Below are positions 48,832 through 61,187 of a stretch of 64,000 nucleotides of DNA, in pieces; the first letter of the stretch is position 1; each line of letters begins with the position of its first letter. The translations under genes were made by a program, and so were the position numbers. The notes beneath the pieces are model-generated. The model saw only the letters and a list, made by a program, of their open reading frames with translations, had not been told where the DNA came from and made no database searches. The stretch is from positions 248,001 through 312,000 of the forward strand of contig JAPMXV010000055.1 in assembly GCA_026936335.1 (NCBI GenBank), read 5' to 3'. The DNA comes from Mantamonas sphyraenae STR306 (Eukaryota > Protista > CRuMs).

Positions 48832-51800
48832 TCACCTCCACTGGTTCTTCTCCTCAATGCCCCTAGCAATGCAACGCATGATGGGGGTGAGGATGAGCAG
48901 GACGGTGATGCTCATGACGAGGAAGGAAAAGTTGAAGCCTGAGCGGAGCATGTCGAAGCTCTTTGATGGGGCGCTGCGGGTGAAGAAGAGGTCAAGGCCG
49001 TAGGAGAACACGAGACTGGTGGATTCCATGGTGGTTGCGGCTGTGTTGATGCCACGCAGGTTCCAGATGCGATGGACGTAGCTGAGGACTTGGGTGGAGG
49101 CAAGGTGCAGGGTGCTATGGTATGGCACGAGACCAGCCTCCTGTTCGGCCTGGGTGGGTTTGCCCACCGGACGCATGGGATCAAGCATGCGCTTGTGGAC
49201 GGCGACAATCTGGCCGTTGCTGAGGCCCAGCAGGACGTTCTTGGAGGTGATGCCCAGTCGCGTGACGGTGACTCCCATGCACATGGCCACGCCGGGCAGC
49301 ACGTAGGTCTGCTGCTCACTCAATACCTTGCGAGGCACGAGGGCACTAAAATTGCCGGCCTCCCAGTCGACCTGCGGTTCGTAGAGCTCGACCACGCTGA
49401 GTTCAAACCTGTGCGAGCGCACGTTTTGGTACTGAAACACCAGCCAGTTCTCGCTGAGAACCATGCTGACCGGAGCGGTGGCCTTCCACTGGCGCACACT
49501 ATGTACCATTGCACCTGTGACGGTGTTGATGATGTGCACGGTGATCCCACGCTGGGCTGCGGCCTGCGACTGCTGCTGGGGCGATCCTGCTGCCTCTTCA
49601 CTGTCGCTATCCACAGTGGCCACAGCCACCGTGTGTGGGTTGAGATACTTGTATCGCAGTTGCCGCTGCGGCATGACCTTTCCCGGAGTCTGCACCACTT
49701 CGTGCGGATGTTTGTACGCCACGGCTGCGATGCGCTGGCCCTGGGCCGCCAGGTCAATGCTCCACAGAGGCAACACGCCCAGTGTGTCGCTTTGAGCCTG
49801 TGTGTCGTCGTACACGGGGCGATATCCGCGGATGACGCCTGCGTCGGTGTCGACGTCATGGAGAAAGAGGCGATCGAGGACGCCCGGCTTCAAGAGGGTT
49901 TTCATGGCAGCGTCTTCCGGGAGCACGTGGATGCGCTCCCCAATGCGCAACAGGACGATGTTTCTGTGTTCAGGCGTCTGCAGGGGCAACATGACCGCCT
50001 GGTCCACGCGTGCATCGAGCATGCGACGGCGCAATTCGTTGCCTGTGAGCGGGTCCACCACACTCACAAAGCTGCGTGTGCGTGTGTGTGGCTGCTGCTC
50101 CTGTGCTTGGTCGTGTTCCTCGTCGCCCACCACCAAACACTCGGGCGGGTAGTGGCTGGACGTTTTCGTCACAAACACATGGCGCAGGTGCACGTGGCTG
50201 ACCCCTGCCGCAGAGGGCACATAGAAGCGCTTCCACACAATCTGGCCGTTGTCCGAGTGCAATGCATACACTTTGCCGGCCACCGTGCTCACAATGACCA
50301 GCTGGCGGAACCCGTAGCGATCCTTGGTCATGGCAAGCGACTGCGGAGGCACAAGCGCTCCTCCCACAAGCACACTGCTGTCGGGCACACGTCCCACTCC
50401 ACCTGCAGCCAGGCGGCTGCTGCTGCCTCCATCGCCCGCGTGTCCGTTGCCTGCACCCGAGCCGTCGTCGGATCCTGTGGCGGCCTGGGTGACACGAGCG
50501 AGGGCCTGCTGTACGTCGAGTTGCATCTGCAGCGACCACGCCACCAGGCGTCTCAAAATGGCTTGCAGGCTCTCCAGATCCACCTGGACCAGGGAGAGCA
50601 GCGAGGAATCCTGTTCGTGGGCCGCGTGTGCGTTGCCGCCAAATTCAGTGTCCAGATCAGTCAACGTGGCCATCTTTGCGGGCAACTCCACAAAGGTGCT
50701 CTCCAACACGGTAGCCAATCCCTCCTCACGGGTCCACAACACGTTGCCCGTGCGCAGCAACGAGAGTGCGTGGTCCTCGGTGACGAGCAAGACCTCCACT
50801 TCGCCCGTCTGCTGGCGCACTGCCGCAAAGAGACGCGATGCACGTCCGTTGTCGCGGCTGTTGAGTGGATAGGGTGACTGCGCGACGAGGTCGTGGGTGC
50901 GCATGTTCATGACCTGCATCTCTGTTTGTGCGCTGCGTACCTGCAACGCTACAAGCAGCGTATCGCCTGTGGCAGGGTCCTGGGCGGCAGCAAAGCGTCC
51001 GTATGCATCAAAGTGTCGCAATGGTTGCACCTGCGACGTGGCGGCATCCACTGTGTACAGCCGCGAGGTGTGCACGCTTTCGGTGAGCAGAAACGCATTG
51101 TTTGCGTGCAGGGGAAGGTCCGTGTGCACAAAGGCATCACTGCTTGTGCTGCTTGTCAGAGGGGTGGCCGTCACCGTGCGGGTGCCGTACGTGTGCACGT
51201 ACGCCGTGCCTGTGCACGCGTCAAAGAGCACAACGTGGTCTCGCATGGCCACAAGGTTGTTGCCCAGCTTCTGGATGCCACATTGGGGCACAGGGTCCAA
51301 ACTGGCTGTGGGTGCTGACTGCACCTTTCCGTTGCGTGCGTTCAGACGTGTCACCGTCAGTGCACTCTTGTCCTTGTGAATGCCCACCAACACGAGTGTG
51401 TCGTCGCCACCGCCACCGCCACCATCACCATTGGCGTCAGATGTACCGTCTGTGGTGATTTTGAGAAGAACGGTGTCCCTGGGTGCCTTCCACGTCCACA
51501 ACCGTGTGCCGTCGAGGCCGCGAAAGGCAAACACAGTTTGGGCCAAAGCCACAGCTACCAGACGCGGGGGGCCGGCCACAGCGGCTCCGTTGCGGCTGAG
51601 ACTGCCCGGATGGATATCGACAGCGTCCACAAAGCGAAAGCGCTGCTTGTGCCGGTGCGGCATGCGGTTGTCCAGCTGCGAAGGAAGCGGTGGTGGCAGC
51701 CGCGAGAACAGGCTGTCGTCCCACACCAGCGAGCCGTCGCGGTCGTTCCACAGCTGTACACGGCGGCCCATGCCGCATACAGTGAGGATATCTGTTGGGA

Positions 51801-52339
51801 CAGAGAGGCGCGGTGAGGGTGTGAGCCGGGAGGGAAGGGGTGTTGTGTCACCGGGGGTGTGTGCATTCACCACGTTGCCACCTACAACCGCCTGTGTGCA
51901 TCATGCGCTCGATGCCCTGGTCCCGAGGCAGGATTTGGCGCCAAACTGACCATGGGTGAGTCATTGGGTGGAGGGTGTGAGTGGAGGCCGGGGGTTAGGC
52001 GCGGGGCGCTTTGGGGACGGCCAAGTTGGCAATGGGGCGTCGGCCTTTTAGGCCGTGACATGGCGACCATCATCGGCTTGACGAATCCATTGGGGCAGTG
52101 CGACACATACTTGCTTGACCAGTGGTGCGGTTGATGGCCGCAAGGACATTCTGCTCGCTGGTGACGTAGAGAACCTGGCGTGCATCGGTGGGGTGAAAGG
52201 TGGCAAAGACAACCTTGCCCACGTTCAGGCGGTGCCAGTCGTACACACCGGCCTCCTCCTCATACATGGCGACTGCAGGCAAGGCCAGCAAGGCTGTGAT
52301 GGACACAGCGAGCAGGACAAGCGGAGCAAAACGTGGCAT
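48832..52339 (-). CDS. EMC1: ER membrane protein complex subunit 1 (3 exons)
   Basis: Signal peptide then MYEEEAGVYDWH, WTREEGLA, DRYGFRQL, YKYLNPH, SENWLV, GITSK, ESTSLVFSYGLDLFFTRSAPSKSFDML, C-terminal TM ending in WR. Confidence 0.95.
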
Positions 52340-52373
52340 TCCTTTGCGCGAGTTGGGGCAAGACACAGTTCAC

Positions 52374-55300
52374 ATGAGCCGTTTCGAGTCGGAGCAGGGT
52401 GTGCCTGTGTTTGGGCGCGAGTCGTATGCCCAAGCAGACAACAGGCGACGCCAGGGACAGGAAACTGCAGAGTGTGAGTGTGTGGGAGTGTGTGGAAGGG
52501 GGGGTGGCGTTTGTTGCTGGCAACTGACAACGTCTTTGGCTTGCAGTTGTCCTGCGACAAGCAGAAGAAGACCGCAAGCGCAAGATCCGGGAAAAGCAGA
52601 AAGAGATCGACGAGAGTCGCAAGGCGGAGCGAGAGCTGATGCAGCTGCAGCGTCGCAACGACCGTGCGGGCAAGAAGAGTGTGAGCGGATTCCCAAACGT
52701 GTTTGCCTCACCGTCCAAGTCGCAAGGAGTGCAATTTGACAACGCACGGCGCGTCATTGGCGCCTCATCTTCCAACACATCATCAGACGAGAGCGGAAAC
52801 CGCAGGTACGCGCCTGCACCGCCGTACGCAGCCGACGAGTGAGTTTGGAGCGAGATTTTTGTAACGGCTGCCGCGCTGCGCGTTTTTCGGGGGCGACTGA
52901 GAGGCACACGCTGACACGACCTGGACCACGGCAACCGGCATGGGTGGAAACGATGCATTGGGGACACGGAGTAGGAAGGACGAAGGGCGCAAGGAGGCAT
53001 TCATGCGCACGCCGTCACCGTTTGGGAGCAAGTCGGGGGGCGATCTGAGCCGAGTGAACGGCCGTGGCAAGCAACTGGACTATGAGCTGCACTCGCGCAT
53101 GGCAGGCAACCTGTCGAGTCGACGCGGAGGCAGGCAACCAATCAGCTCGGCGCCCATCGAGTTTGCGGTGGAGCCGATTGGCGATTCGTCGTCGCTAGCG
53201 CTTGCAGCATCGCCACGTGGGCGTGGGCGACGCAACCCAGATGCGTTTGTGGGTGGGCAATCGAGCAGAGAGGATTACACGTCGCAGATGGTTGGAGGAT
53301 CGTCATCGTCGGAGGATGTCGGGGTGCTGAACATCCGGTTGGCGGAGTTGGGCGACCAGATGCGATGGATGCGAGAACGACAGCGGGAGATGGAGTCATT
53401 ATTGGGAGGGGAAGAGCGACGAAAGCAGAGCGAGGCAAACAGCGATGGAACGCAGCTGCTTCGGCTGATGGAGGAGAACAGGAAGCTGAAGGCGAGTGGA
53501 GCGGATGGAGGTGGAGGTGGCGCAGTCAAAGAGCAACACGTCGCTGGCAATCGACCAGCTGGACTTTAAGTTTGGGGAAATCCTGCAACGGGACCTGGAC
53601 AAGAATGAGACGGACAAGATGCACCTGATGCACAGCAGCGAGAGCCAATTTGACCAGCTGGCAGCACGGATCACGGGTCTGCACAACACAGTGACGGAGG
53701 AGAGGAACGAACGACAGCGCTTGGAGATGCAGTTGGTGCAGGCGAACGACCAGCTGCGCAAGCTGTTTGTGATGCAGGAGGAAAACAAGCAGGAACGGGC
53801 GCGTTCGGAGGACGAGCGCAAGGAGATGGAGAACGAGATGCAGTCTGTGCTGGCGTTGCTGAGCAAGACACAGGATCAGAGCAAGGAGGCGCTGACACAA
53901 CGCGTGGATTCGGTGGTGGAAGCGCTGCAGGCGCTGGACAAGCGATCTGCGGAGCGGGTGGCGAAAACGACCGCAATGATCATGAAGGAGGGCCAACTGC
54001 GTTCGGAGCACTTTGAAGAGCAGGAGAAGGAGATGTTGGACAACTTCAAGGCCATCAGCGAGTCGCTGCGTGTGACGCGCGAAAGTGCAGAGACAAACAT
54101 TGCGTCGCTGGAGGAGATCTTGAAGACGGAAATCAAGTCGCGCTTCCAGAGTGACCAACACGCACGGACGAATCTGGAGGAACTGCGCAACGTCACGGGC
54201 GATGTGGTGGACAAGCTGGAGAACAAGTTCAAGGAGTACGAGGCGTTCAACGTGGCTGCACAGGACCAGGTGAAACGCATTCTGAGGGAGGAGATTGGCG
54301 AGGTGAGACAGCAGCAACAACTTGCACTGAGCGACCAGGACGCAGTGTTGTCTGCGCTGCAGCAGCAGGTGGACGACATGGACGCGGCATCGGCGGAAGA
54401 TGTGGAGACGCTGAAGCAGCAGTTTACGGTGTTTGTGGAGGCGACAATGGCGACGAACGAGCAGTGGGAGCTGCAGGCGTCGGAGATGAGCAGTCGGGTG
54501 CGGAAGCTGGAGACGGAGGTGTCGATGCAGACGGATGAGCTGGAAATGGCAAAGGACACGCTGCGGGAGATGGTGAAGACGGTGAACAGGGAGGTGAAAG
54601 AGCTGGTGGAGGAGCACCGACGCAGCATGCAGACACACATTGGAGAGTTTGAAGCAGACACAAAGAAGGAGATGGACGCATCTCAAAAGGCTTTTGGGGC
54701 AAAGGTGAGCGCACAGGTGGACAAGTTTGTGAAGGAGTTCAGCAAGAAGCTGGAGGAGAGCAGTGCGTCGTTGTTGACGCAGTTCCATGCGCTGGACGAA
54801 GAGGTGCGCGGAGACGTGGGCAAGCTGCGTTCGACGACCGAGTCGACGCTGGCAGACCATGGGAAGCGACTGGCGGACGTGCAGCGGGACGTGCTGGAGT
54901 TGCAAACGGACACGTATGTGCTTGAACGATTGGAGAGCTTCCGCGAGGAGCTGCTGGAACGGCACCTGCACGCGCAGGAAGCGCTGGAGGAGGAGCTGGA
55001 GCTGTTGGAAGAAAAGGTGCGGGAGGATCTGAACGCACACGCTCAGTCGCTGCTTGCGTTGGGTCGTGCGGACGAGGAGGGTCGCGTGTACACAGACGAG
55101 GTGCGCGAGGAGGCTGCGACAGCACTGATGGAGAGCGAACGTGCCCTGGAAGGCAAAATGGGACGTGTGCAGGCAGCGCTGGAGGCGTCTGTGACCAAGG
55201 TGAAGGAGGACCAGGAGAAAGGGGAAGCACAGCACAAAAAGGATGTGGTGCGTCTGTACGGAGCGCTGGAGGACCAGAAGAAGGAGGTGGAGGCGGCGCT

Positions 55301-56067
55301 GGAGGATGTGGCGAAGGAGGCAGCGGAAGAGCGTCGTGCTGGAGCCAGTCTGGCCGAAGAGGAGGCAGAAAAGATGCGGGAGGCACTGGTGGAGCATGTG
55401 GAAGCGGTGGCGGAGGACGGGCAGCGGGAACGGGGTGAACTTAAACAGGCACTGGGAGAGGAGGTGGAGAAGCGGGAGGCGCTGGAGGTGCGTTTGGATG
55501 GGGTGGAGGCCGAGGTGAAGAACGGGCGTGAGGCACAGAAGGAACTTGCAGCGGCAGTGGAGGAAGAGAGGCAGGAGAGGGTTGAGGCGATGGGGAGGAT
55601 GGAGGAGCAAGTTGGGAAGGAAAAGGTGGAAAGGGAGCGAGCAGAGAAGGAGCGAGCGGAAGAGAAGGCGGAGAGGGAGAAGGCGGAGAAGGAGAAGGAG
55701 GAGAAGGAGAAGGTGGAGAGGGAGAAGGCGGAGAAGGAGAAGGAGGAGAAGGAGAGGGCGAGGGAGAAGGCGGAGAAGGAGAAGGTGGAGAGGAGAAGGC
55801 GGAGAAGGAGAAGGCGGAGAAGGAGAAGGTGGAGGAGGAGAAGGTGGAGAGGAGAAGGAGGAGAAGGAGAAGGCGGAGAAGGAGAAGGCGGAGAAGGAGA
55901 AGCGGAGAAGGAGAAGGCGGAGAAGGAAAACGCCGACAAGGAAGACGCCAAGGAGGAGGACGATGACGATAACGACGAGGAAGAGGAGTCTGAGTACGAG
56001 ACAGACTATGAGACAGAGACAGACACGGAGGATCGCCGCGGAAACCGGCCACATCGAACAAGTATAG
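52374..56067 (+). CDS. Large acidic coiled-coil protein of unknown function with EK-repeat tail
   Basis: Exons from MSRFESEQG; ORFs 52639.., 52940.. and 53496.. are joined by introns and a frame break near 53494. 3' end uncertain (56067 if the frame is corrected, 56249 as read). Confidence 0.6.
55620..55930 (+). repeat. Purine-rich 9-bp-unit minisatellite (GAGAAGGMG/GAGAAGGTG) encoding EKA/EKE/EKV repeats
   Basis: Directly visible; contains apparent compensating indels. Confidence 0.85.
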
Positions 56068-56082
56068 CTTCATTCTTCGGAT

Positions 56083-57803
56083 TCACGCAACCCGCTGCCT
56101 CTTGCGACCCTTACCTTTCTTCCCACTGTACCCATTGCCACCGTCTTCGTCGTCGTCCAGGCCACGACGGCCTCCACGTCCCTTGCTCTCGTTCTGCTCC
56201 CGCATTTCGACGGCTGCGTAGCGCTGCGCTTCGCCGACGCGTTCCATGAGAAGCATGACTTCCTCCTTGTCCAGAGGGAACTTGTCCAGCTTCTTGCCAA
56301 TCATCTGTTCGATGCGCTGGTACAGTTCGACCTCGTACTGGGAGACCATGGAGACAGCCACACCCGCACGGCCAGCGCGTGCCGTGCGTCCCACGCGGTG
56401 GATGTAGTCCTTGCTGTGTGTGGGAATGTCGTAGTTGATGACCAAGTCGACGCTGGGAATGTCCAAACCGCGGCTGGCGACGTCTGTGGCCAGCAGGATG
56501 TTGCGCTGGCCGGATTTAAACTTGGCAAGGCTGCCCAGACGTTTGGGCTGAGTCATCTGGCCGTGCAGCGGCACCGCCTGGAAGCCGAGGTTGCGGAGCA
56601 TGAGGGTGACCCGCTGGGTGGTCTTGCACGTCGAAGTAAACACAATGGCCGAATTGCCAGCGTACTGGTTGAGGATGGCGACCAGGTGGACGTCCTTGGC
56701 CTTGGCAGGAAGAAAGAGGTAGGACTGGCGAAGCTGCTTGACCGTCTGGTACTTGCTTGACACAGACACCTTGACAGGATCCACGAGGGAGGCTCGTTGC
56801 AGTTTGGCCACTTTGGAGGTCATGGTGGCGGAAAAGAGCAAGGTGGTGCGCTCCTTGGGGATCACCTGCAGCAGCTTGTTGATTTCCTCCTCAAAGTCCA
56901 TGTTGAGCAGACGGTCGGCCTCGTCCATGACCAGATACTTGAGGGCACGCAGGGAGAAGCCCTTTGTGTTTTCCAGATGGTCGATAAGACGGCCGGGGGT
57001 GGCGATGATCACGTGTGGCTTGCGTGCAAGCGCAATGGCCTGCTGCGTGATGTCAATCCCACCCACAATGGTTGCACACTTGACGTTGATGACACTGCCC
57101 AACGCCTCCACCTGTTCGGCAATCTGGAAGCAAAGCTCGCGCGTGGGGGCCAGAATGCAAGCAAACAACGGCTGCGGTGCCTCAAGCAGCGCCTGCAGCA
57201 TGGGAATGGAAAACGCTGCAGTCTTGCCCGAGCCCGTCTCGGCCAACCCGATCACGTCCCGTCCTGTGTGTGCCATGGAAGCCTGTGTGTGAGTGTCCAG
57301 TGTCCGCCAACTGCCCGCTTTGGGTCCACTTTCCGAACATGCCGGATTTTTCTCGCTGCCCCTGCCCCCCCCCTTCCTCCGTTCTCCCGCCACTCACCCT
57401 GCAATGCCACAGGAATTGCCTCTTTCTGGATCTGCGTTGCCGTCTTGAATCCCATTGCAGCGCAGGCTTCGCAGATTGTTTCGGTGACCCCCAGGGAGGC
57501 AAACGTCACCGGAGTGTCCTCGTCCGACTCGTCCTGGTCCTCGTCCGCCTTCTCCTCGTCCACTTGCTTCGACTCTTTGGATCGGTCGTCTCCAGATTTG
57601 CTCTTTTTGCTCCTCTTCTTTTCCTTCTTCTTCTTCTTCTTCTCCGTAACCCCATTGGCTGCTGCGTCTGCCTGGTCCGTCGCGACGACCGCCTTCTGCT
57701 CCTCCTCCTCCTCCTCCTCCTCCTTCCTCTCCTTGGCCACCTTTTTCTCTTTGCGTCGCTCCTTCTTGCGCTTCCTCCTTTCTTCCGATGCGTGGCCGCT
57801 CAT
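56083..57803 (-). CDS. DDX47: DEAD-box RNA helicase DDX47/Rrp3
   Basis: Q motif, [51 protein letters not shown]. Intron 57264-57397. Confidence 0.95.
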
Positions 57804-57860
57804 TGTGGAATGGTGTGGCCACGCATGCGCATGTTGGGCCAGTTTCAATTGTTTCGCAAG

Positions 57861-59821
57861 ATGTTTTCTCGAGTTTCCAAGGTACGTGTGGGAGGGCAAT
57901 GCACGAGCAGAGGCCCGGACACCACTGATGCTGACACGCTCCTGGGGATCCTCCTCTCATTCCTCGCTTCATATGGCTGTGGTGGGCAGACGGCAAGGCC
58001 GGTTGTGGCCCGAACCTTCTCCACCAGCGCTGCTGCGCAGGGCATCAACGGCAAGGTGTACGACACCGCTGCCGAGGCCATCGCGGATATCCCCGACGGA
58101 GCCAAGCTGTGTGTTGGGTAAGTGCAGTGGCCGTGGGGAGGCTGTGTGTGCTGGGGTGGTCATGTCCTTTGTGTGTGTGTGTGTGGCTGCCGAGTAGGCA
58201 TTTCCCCTCCGTCGGCGAAGCGCTCTTTTCCTTTGCCCCTGCCACTCACACGCATGGGCCTGTGCAGCGGGTTTGGCCTTTGTGGCACACCAAACCATGT
58301 GATCGAGGCGCTGCGCGACCAGGGCACCAAAGATCTCACTGTGGTGTCCAACAACTGCGGTGTTGACGACTGGGGTCTGGGCGTCTTGTTGCAAACCCGC
58401 CAGGTGAGTGACGCTGCGGTGCACACATGCTGCAACGCCGAGCAGATGGAGAGACACAAAGGGAAGGAACACACGTGCTTTTGCTTTGCATGCTTGAGCT
58501 GACACACACCCTGCCTTCACGCACTCCACACGCTTGCGACGGCTCGTCACAACGGACCGAGCGCAGATCAAGCGCATGATCTCGTCATACGTGGGCGAGA
58601 ACGCCACGTTTGAGAAGCAGTATCTGACTGGTGAGCTGGAGGTGGAGCTGACGCCGCAGGGCACGCTCGCCGAGCGTCTGCGTGCAGGTGGCGCGGGCAT
58701 CCCTGCGTTCTTCACGCCGACGGCCGCAGGTACGATCATTGAGGAGGGCGGCTTCCCGATCAAGTACAACCCGGACGGAAGCGTGGCCATCGAGAGCGAA
58801 CCGCGACAGACGGCTGTGTTTGACGGCAAGAAGTACGTGATGGAAGAGGGCATTGTGGGCGACTTCTCCGTGGTCAAGGCGTGGCGTGCAGACACGCGTG
58901 GCAACCTGCAGTTCCGCTACTCGGCCATGAACTTCAATCCTGCGTGTGCAAAGTCGGGCAAGATCTGCATTGCCGAGGTGGAGGAGATTGTGGAGGCCGG
59001 CGAGATTGACCCGCAGTATGTGCATGTGCCGGGCATCTATGTGCATCGCATTGTCAAGGCCCCCGAATATGAAAAGAGGATTGAGCGCGTGACCACCAGC
59101 AAGGCTGAGGGCGACAGCGCCGACAAGGCTGACAGCGAAAAGAGCGCCGGGCAGCTTCGTCGCGAGACCATTGTCAAGCGCGCCGCGCTGGAGCTTAAGG
59201 ACGGCATGTATGTGAACCTGGGCATTGGTATGCCCACACTGGCCTCCAACTTTCTGCGTCCGGGCGTGACGATCGAGATGCAGTCGGAGAACGGCCTTCT
59301 GGGCATGGGTCCTTACCCGACGCCCGACAAGGTGGACGCCGACCTGATCAACGCAGGCAAGGAAACCGTGACGTACCTTCCAGGCAGCTCCTTCTTCTCC
59401 TCCGACGAGTCGTTTGCCATGATCCGTGGCGGCAAGGTGGATGTGACGATTCTGGGAGCGATGCAGGTGGCCGAGAACGGCGATCTGGCCAACTGGATCA
59501 TTCCGGGAAAGATGGTCAAGGGAATGGGTGGTGCCATGGATTTGGTGTCGTCGGGTTCGCGTGTGATTGTGACCATGGAGCACAGTGCCAAGGGCGGTGC
59601 ACCCAAGATCCTGAAGAAGTGCACGCTGCCGCTTACGGGCCAGAGCGTCGTCGACCGCATCATTACCGAGATGGGCGTGTTTGATGTCGTCCGTGGCCAG
59701 GGCCTGAAGCTGGTGGAGATCGCCGACGGCGTCTCCGTGGAGGATGTGCGTGCCGCGACCGAGGCCTGATTTTACCGTTTCGGACTCCCTGACTGCCATG
59801 CGTCAGTCGGACGAGGAGTAA
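57861..59821 (+). CDS. OXCT1: Mitochondrial succinyl-CoA:3-oxoacid CoA transferase (SCOT)
   Basis: Presequence MFSRVSK|[48 protein letters not shown], catalytic [13 protein letters not shown]; three introns. The TGA at 59767 is probably caused by an extra C; removing it gives [19 protein letters not shown] ending at 59821. Confidence 0.95.
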
Positions 59822-59939
59822 TGTAGCGCTGCGTGACCTTGTTCCCCTCTTATCTTTCATTCCAATCCACTCTCAGTCGTTGCCCAGCCCGACCTTCCCA
59901 CCCCCCCGGAAGGTCGAAACACACACTCGTCCTTCAACA

Positions 59940-61133
59940 TCACCCAATTCGCTCGTTGATCCAGTCGACAAAGAGACGAATAACAATATCCTTGTCGGGC
60001 TCGTTGAGAATCTCGTGGCGCATGTCGGGGAAGGGGCGGATGGCCTTGTCCGTGCTGCTGGAGTTTGCATAAAACTGTGTGCAGCCGGCGGTGTCGATGA
60101 CAGCGTCGTCGGTGCCATATGCCAGAATGAAGGGGAAGTTGCCAGGGTGGGCGATGCACTGGTGGCCATAGCGAATCATGGAGAGGATGGTGGAGGCGCG
60201 TGCTGGCCCGCTGTACACAAGTGGGTCCGCCAGGTAGGCCTTGACGACCATAGGGTCTGTGCAGATGCCCTGCGGGTCGAGTTTGGTCAAGGTGAGGTGC
60301 GGCAGGTAGTCGACGGCGGTGGAGACGATGCGTTCGGTCAGTGCGTTGGCCTGGGGCAAGGCAAAGCTTGGCCCAGCCAGCAGCACGCCGTCCCAATAGT
60401 CTGCGTGAATACTCGCGTGCGTGGCTGCAATCAATCCTCCCATGGAGTGGCCCAGCAGGAAACGGCTGGTCGTGTCGTAAAGGTGGAACTGCAGCGCAGC
60501 CTCTGAAAAAGCGTGCAGATCGTCGACATACTTGCCTGGGCGCCAGGGGTGTGGGTGAGCCTTCAAAAGCCATGAAAGGCATGCAATGGCATGGACGAGG
60601 GCGCTGAAAATACGATGCACCGTCCAACCTACTCAAATCATCGGTGTACGTGCGTGGGTTGCCTTCGGAAAGACCGTGGCCGTGGTGATCAAGTGCAAGG
60701 ACGGCGAATCCTTGCTTGGTCAGTTCTTTCGCTACGTACTCGTACCTTCCTGCGTGTTCAGCGTATCCGTGGCTGATAATGATGACGGCACTTCAGACGG
60801 GAAAGGTGTATGCGGGTGAGCAGAGGCTGCGCAGCACTGTGACACACACTGACACACACACACACACGCGTACCGTGCTTGCTCTGCGCCACCTGCGGCT
60901 GGCCAATGATATGTGCAAAGCTTCTGATCGCGTGCGTTGATGAGATACTTGCCGTCGTAGGATGGCTGCGTGGCGACGGGTGTGCCGGCCACAGTGTCCG
61001 GCCGTCCTCCGTCTGTGGACTGGCTGGAGGTGAAGAGCCAGCGAAGAAGCTTGTAGCTGACATACAGAAAGGCAAATGGCCACAGGGGAGGCAGCAAGAA
61101 GAGCAGGAGCAGAAAAATGGAGCCGCAGTCCAT
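59940..61133 (-). CDS. Monoacylglycerol lipase/lysophospholipase (Hydrolase_4) with N-terminal membrane anchor
   Basis: HGYAEHAGRY, LDHHGHGLSEG, GHSMGG, GTDDAVI, MRHEILNE. Introns 60791-60873 and 60536-60632. Confidence 0.9.
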
Positions 61134-61187
61134 TGTCGATGCGGAGGAAAGTTGGCAATGCTCGCGGGGTCAGATGGGTTTTACTCC

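Noticed and set aside
55790-55900. Poly-Arg and GEGGE stretch in ORF 53496..56249
   Set aside because: These are alternative frames of the EK minisatellite produced by indels, not a real basic domain.
59761-59821. Stop-codon readthrough or a non-standard genetic code at the SCOT TGA
   Set aside because: The conserved tail resumes in a different frame, which indicates an indel. TAA, TAG and TGA all terminate genes normally in this window.
9634-61133. DAG lipase, MAG lipase and SCOT as a lipid-catabolism or endocannabinoid-like cluster
   Set aside because: The lipases are about 47 kb apart with many unrelated genes between them, and substrates are unknown.
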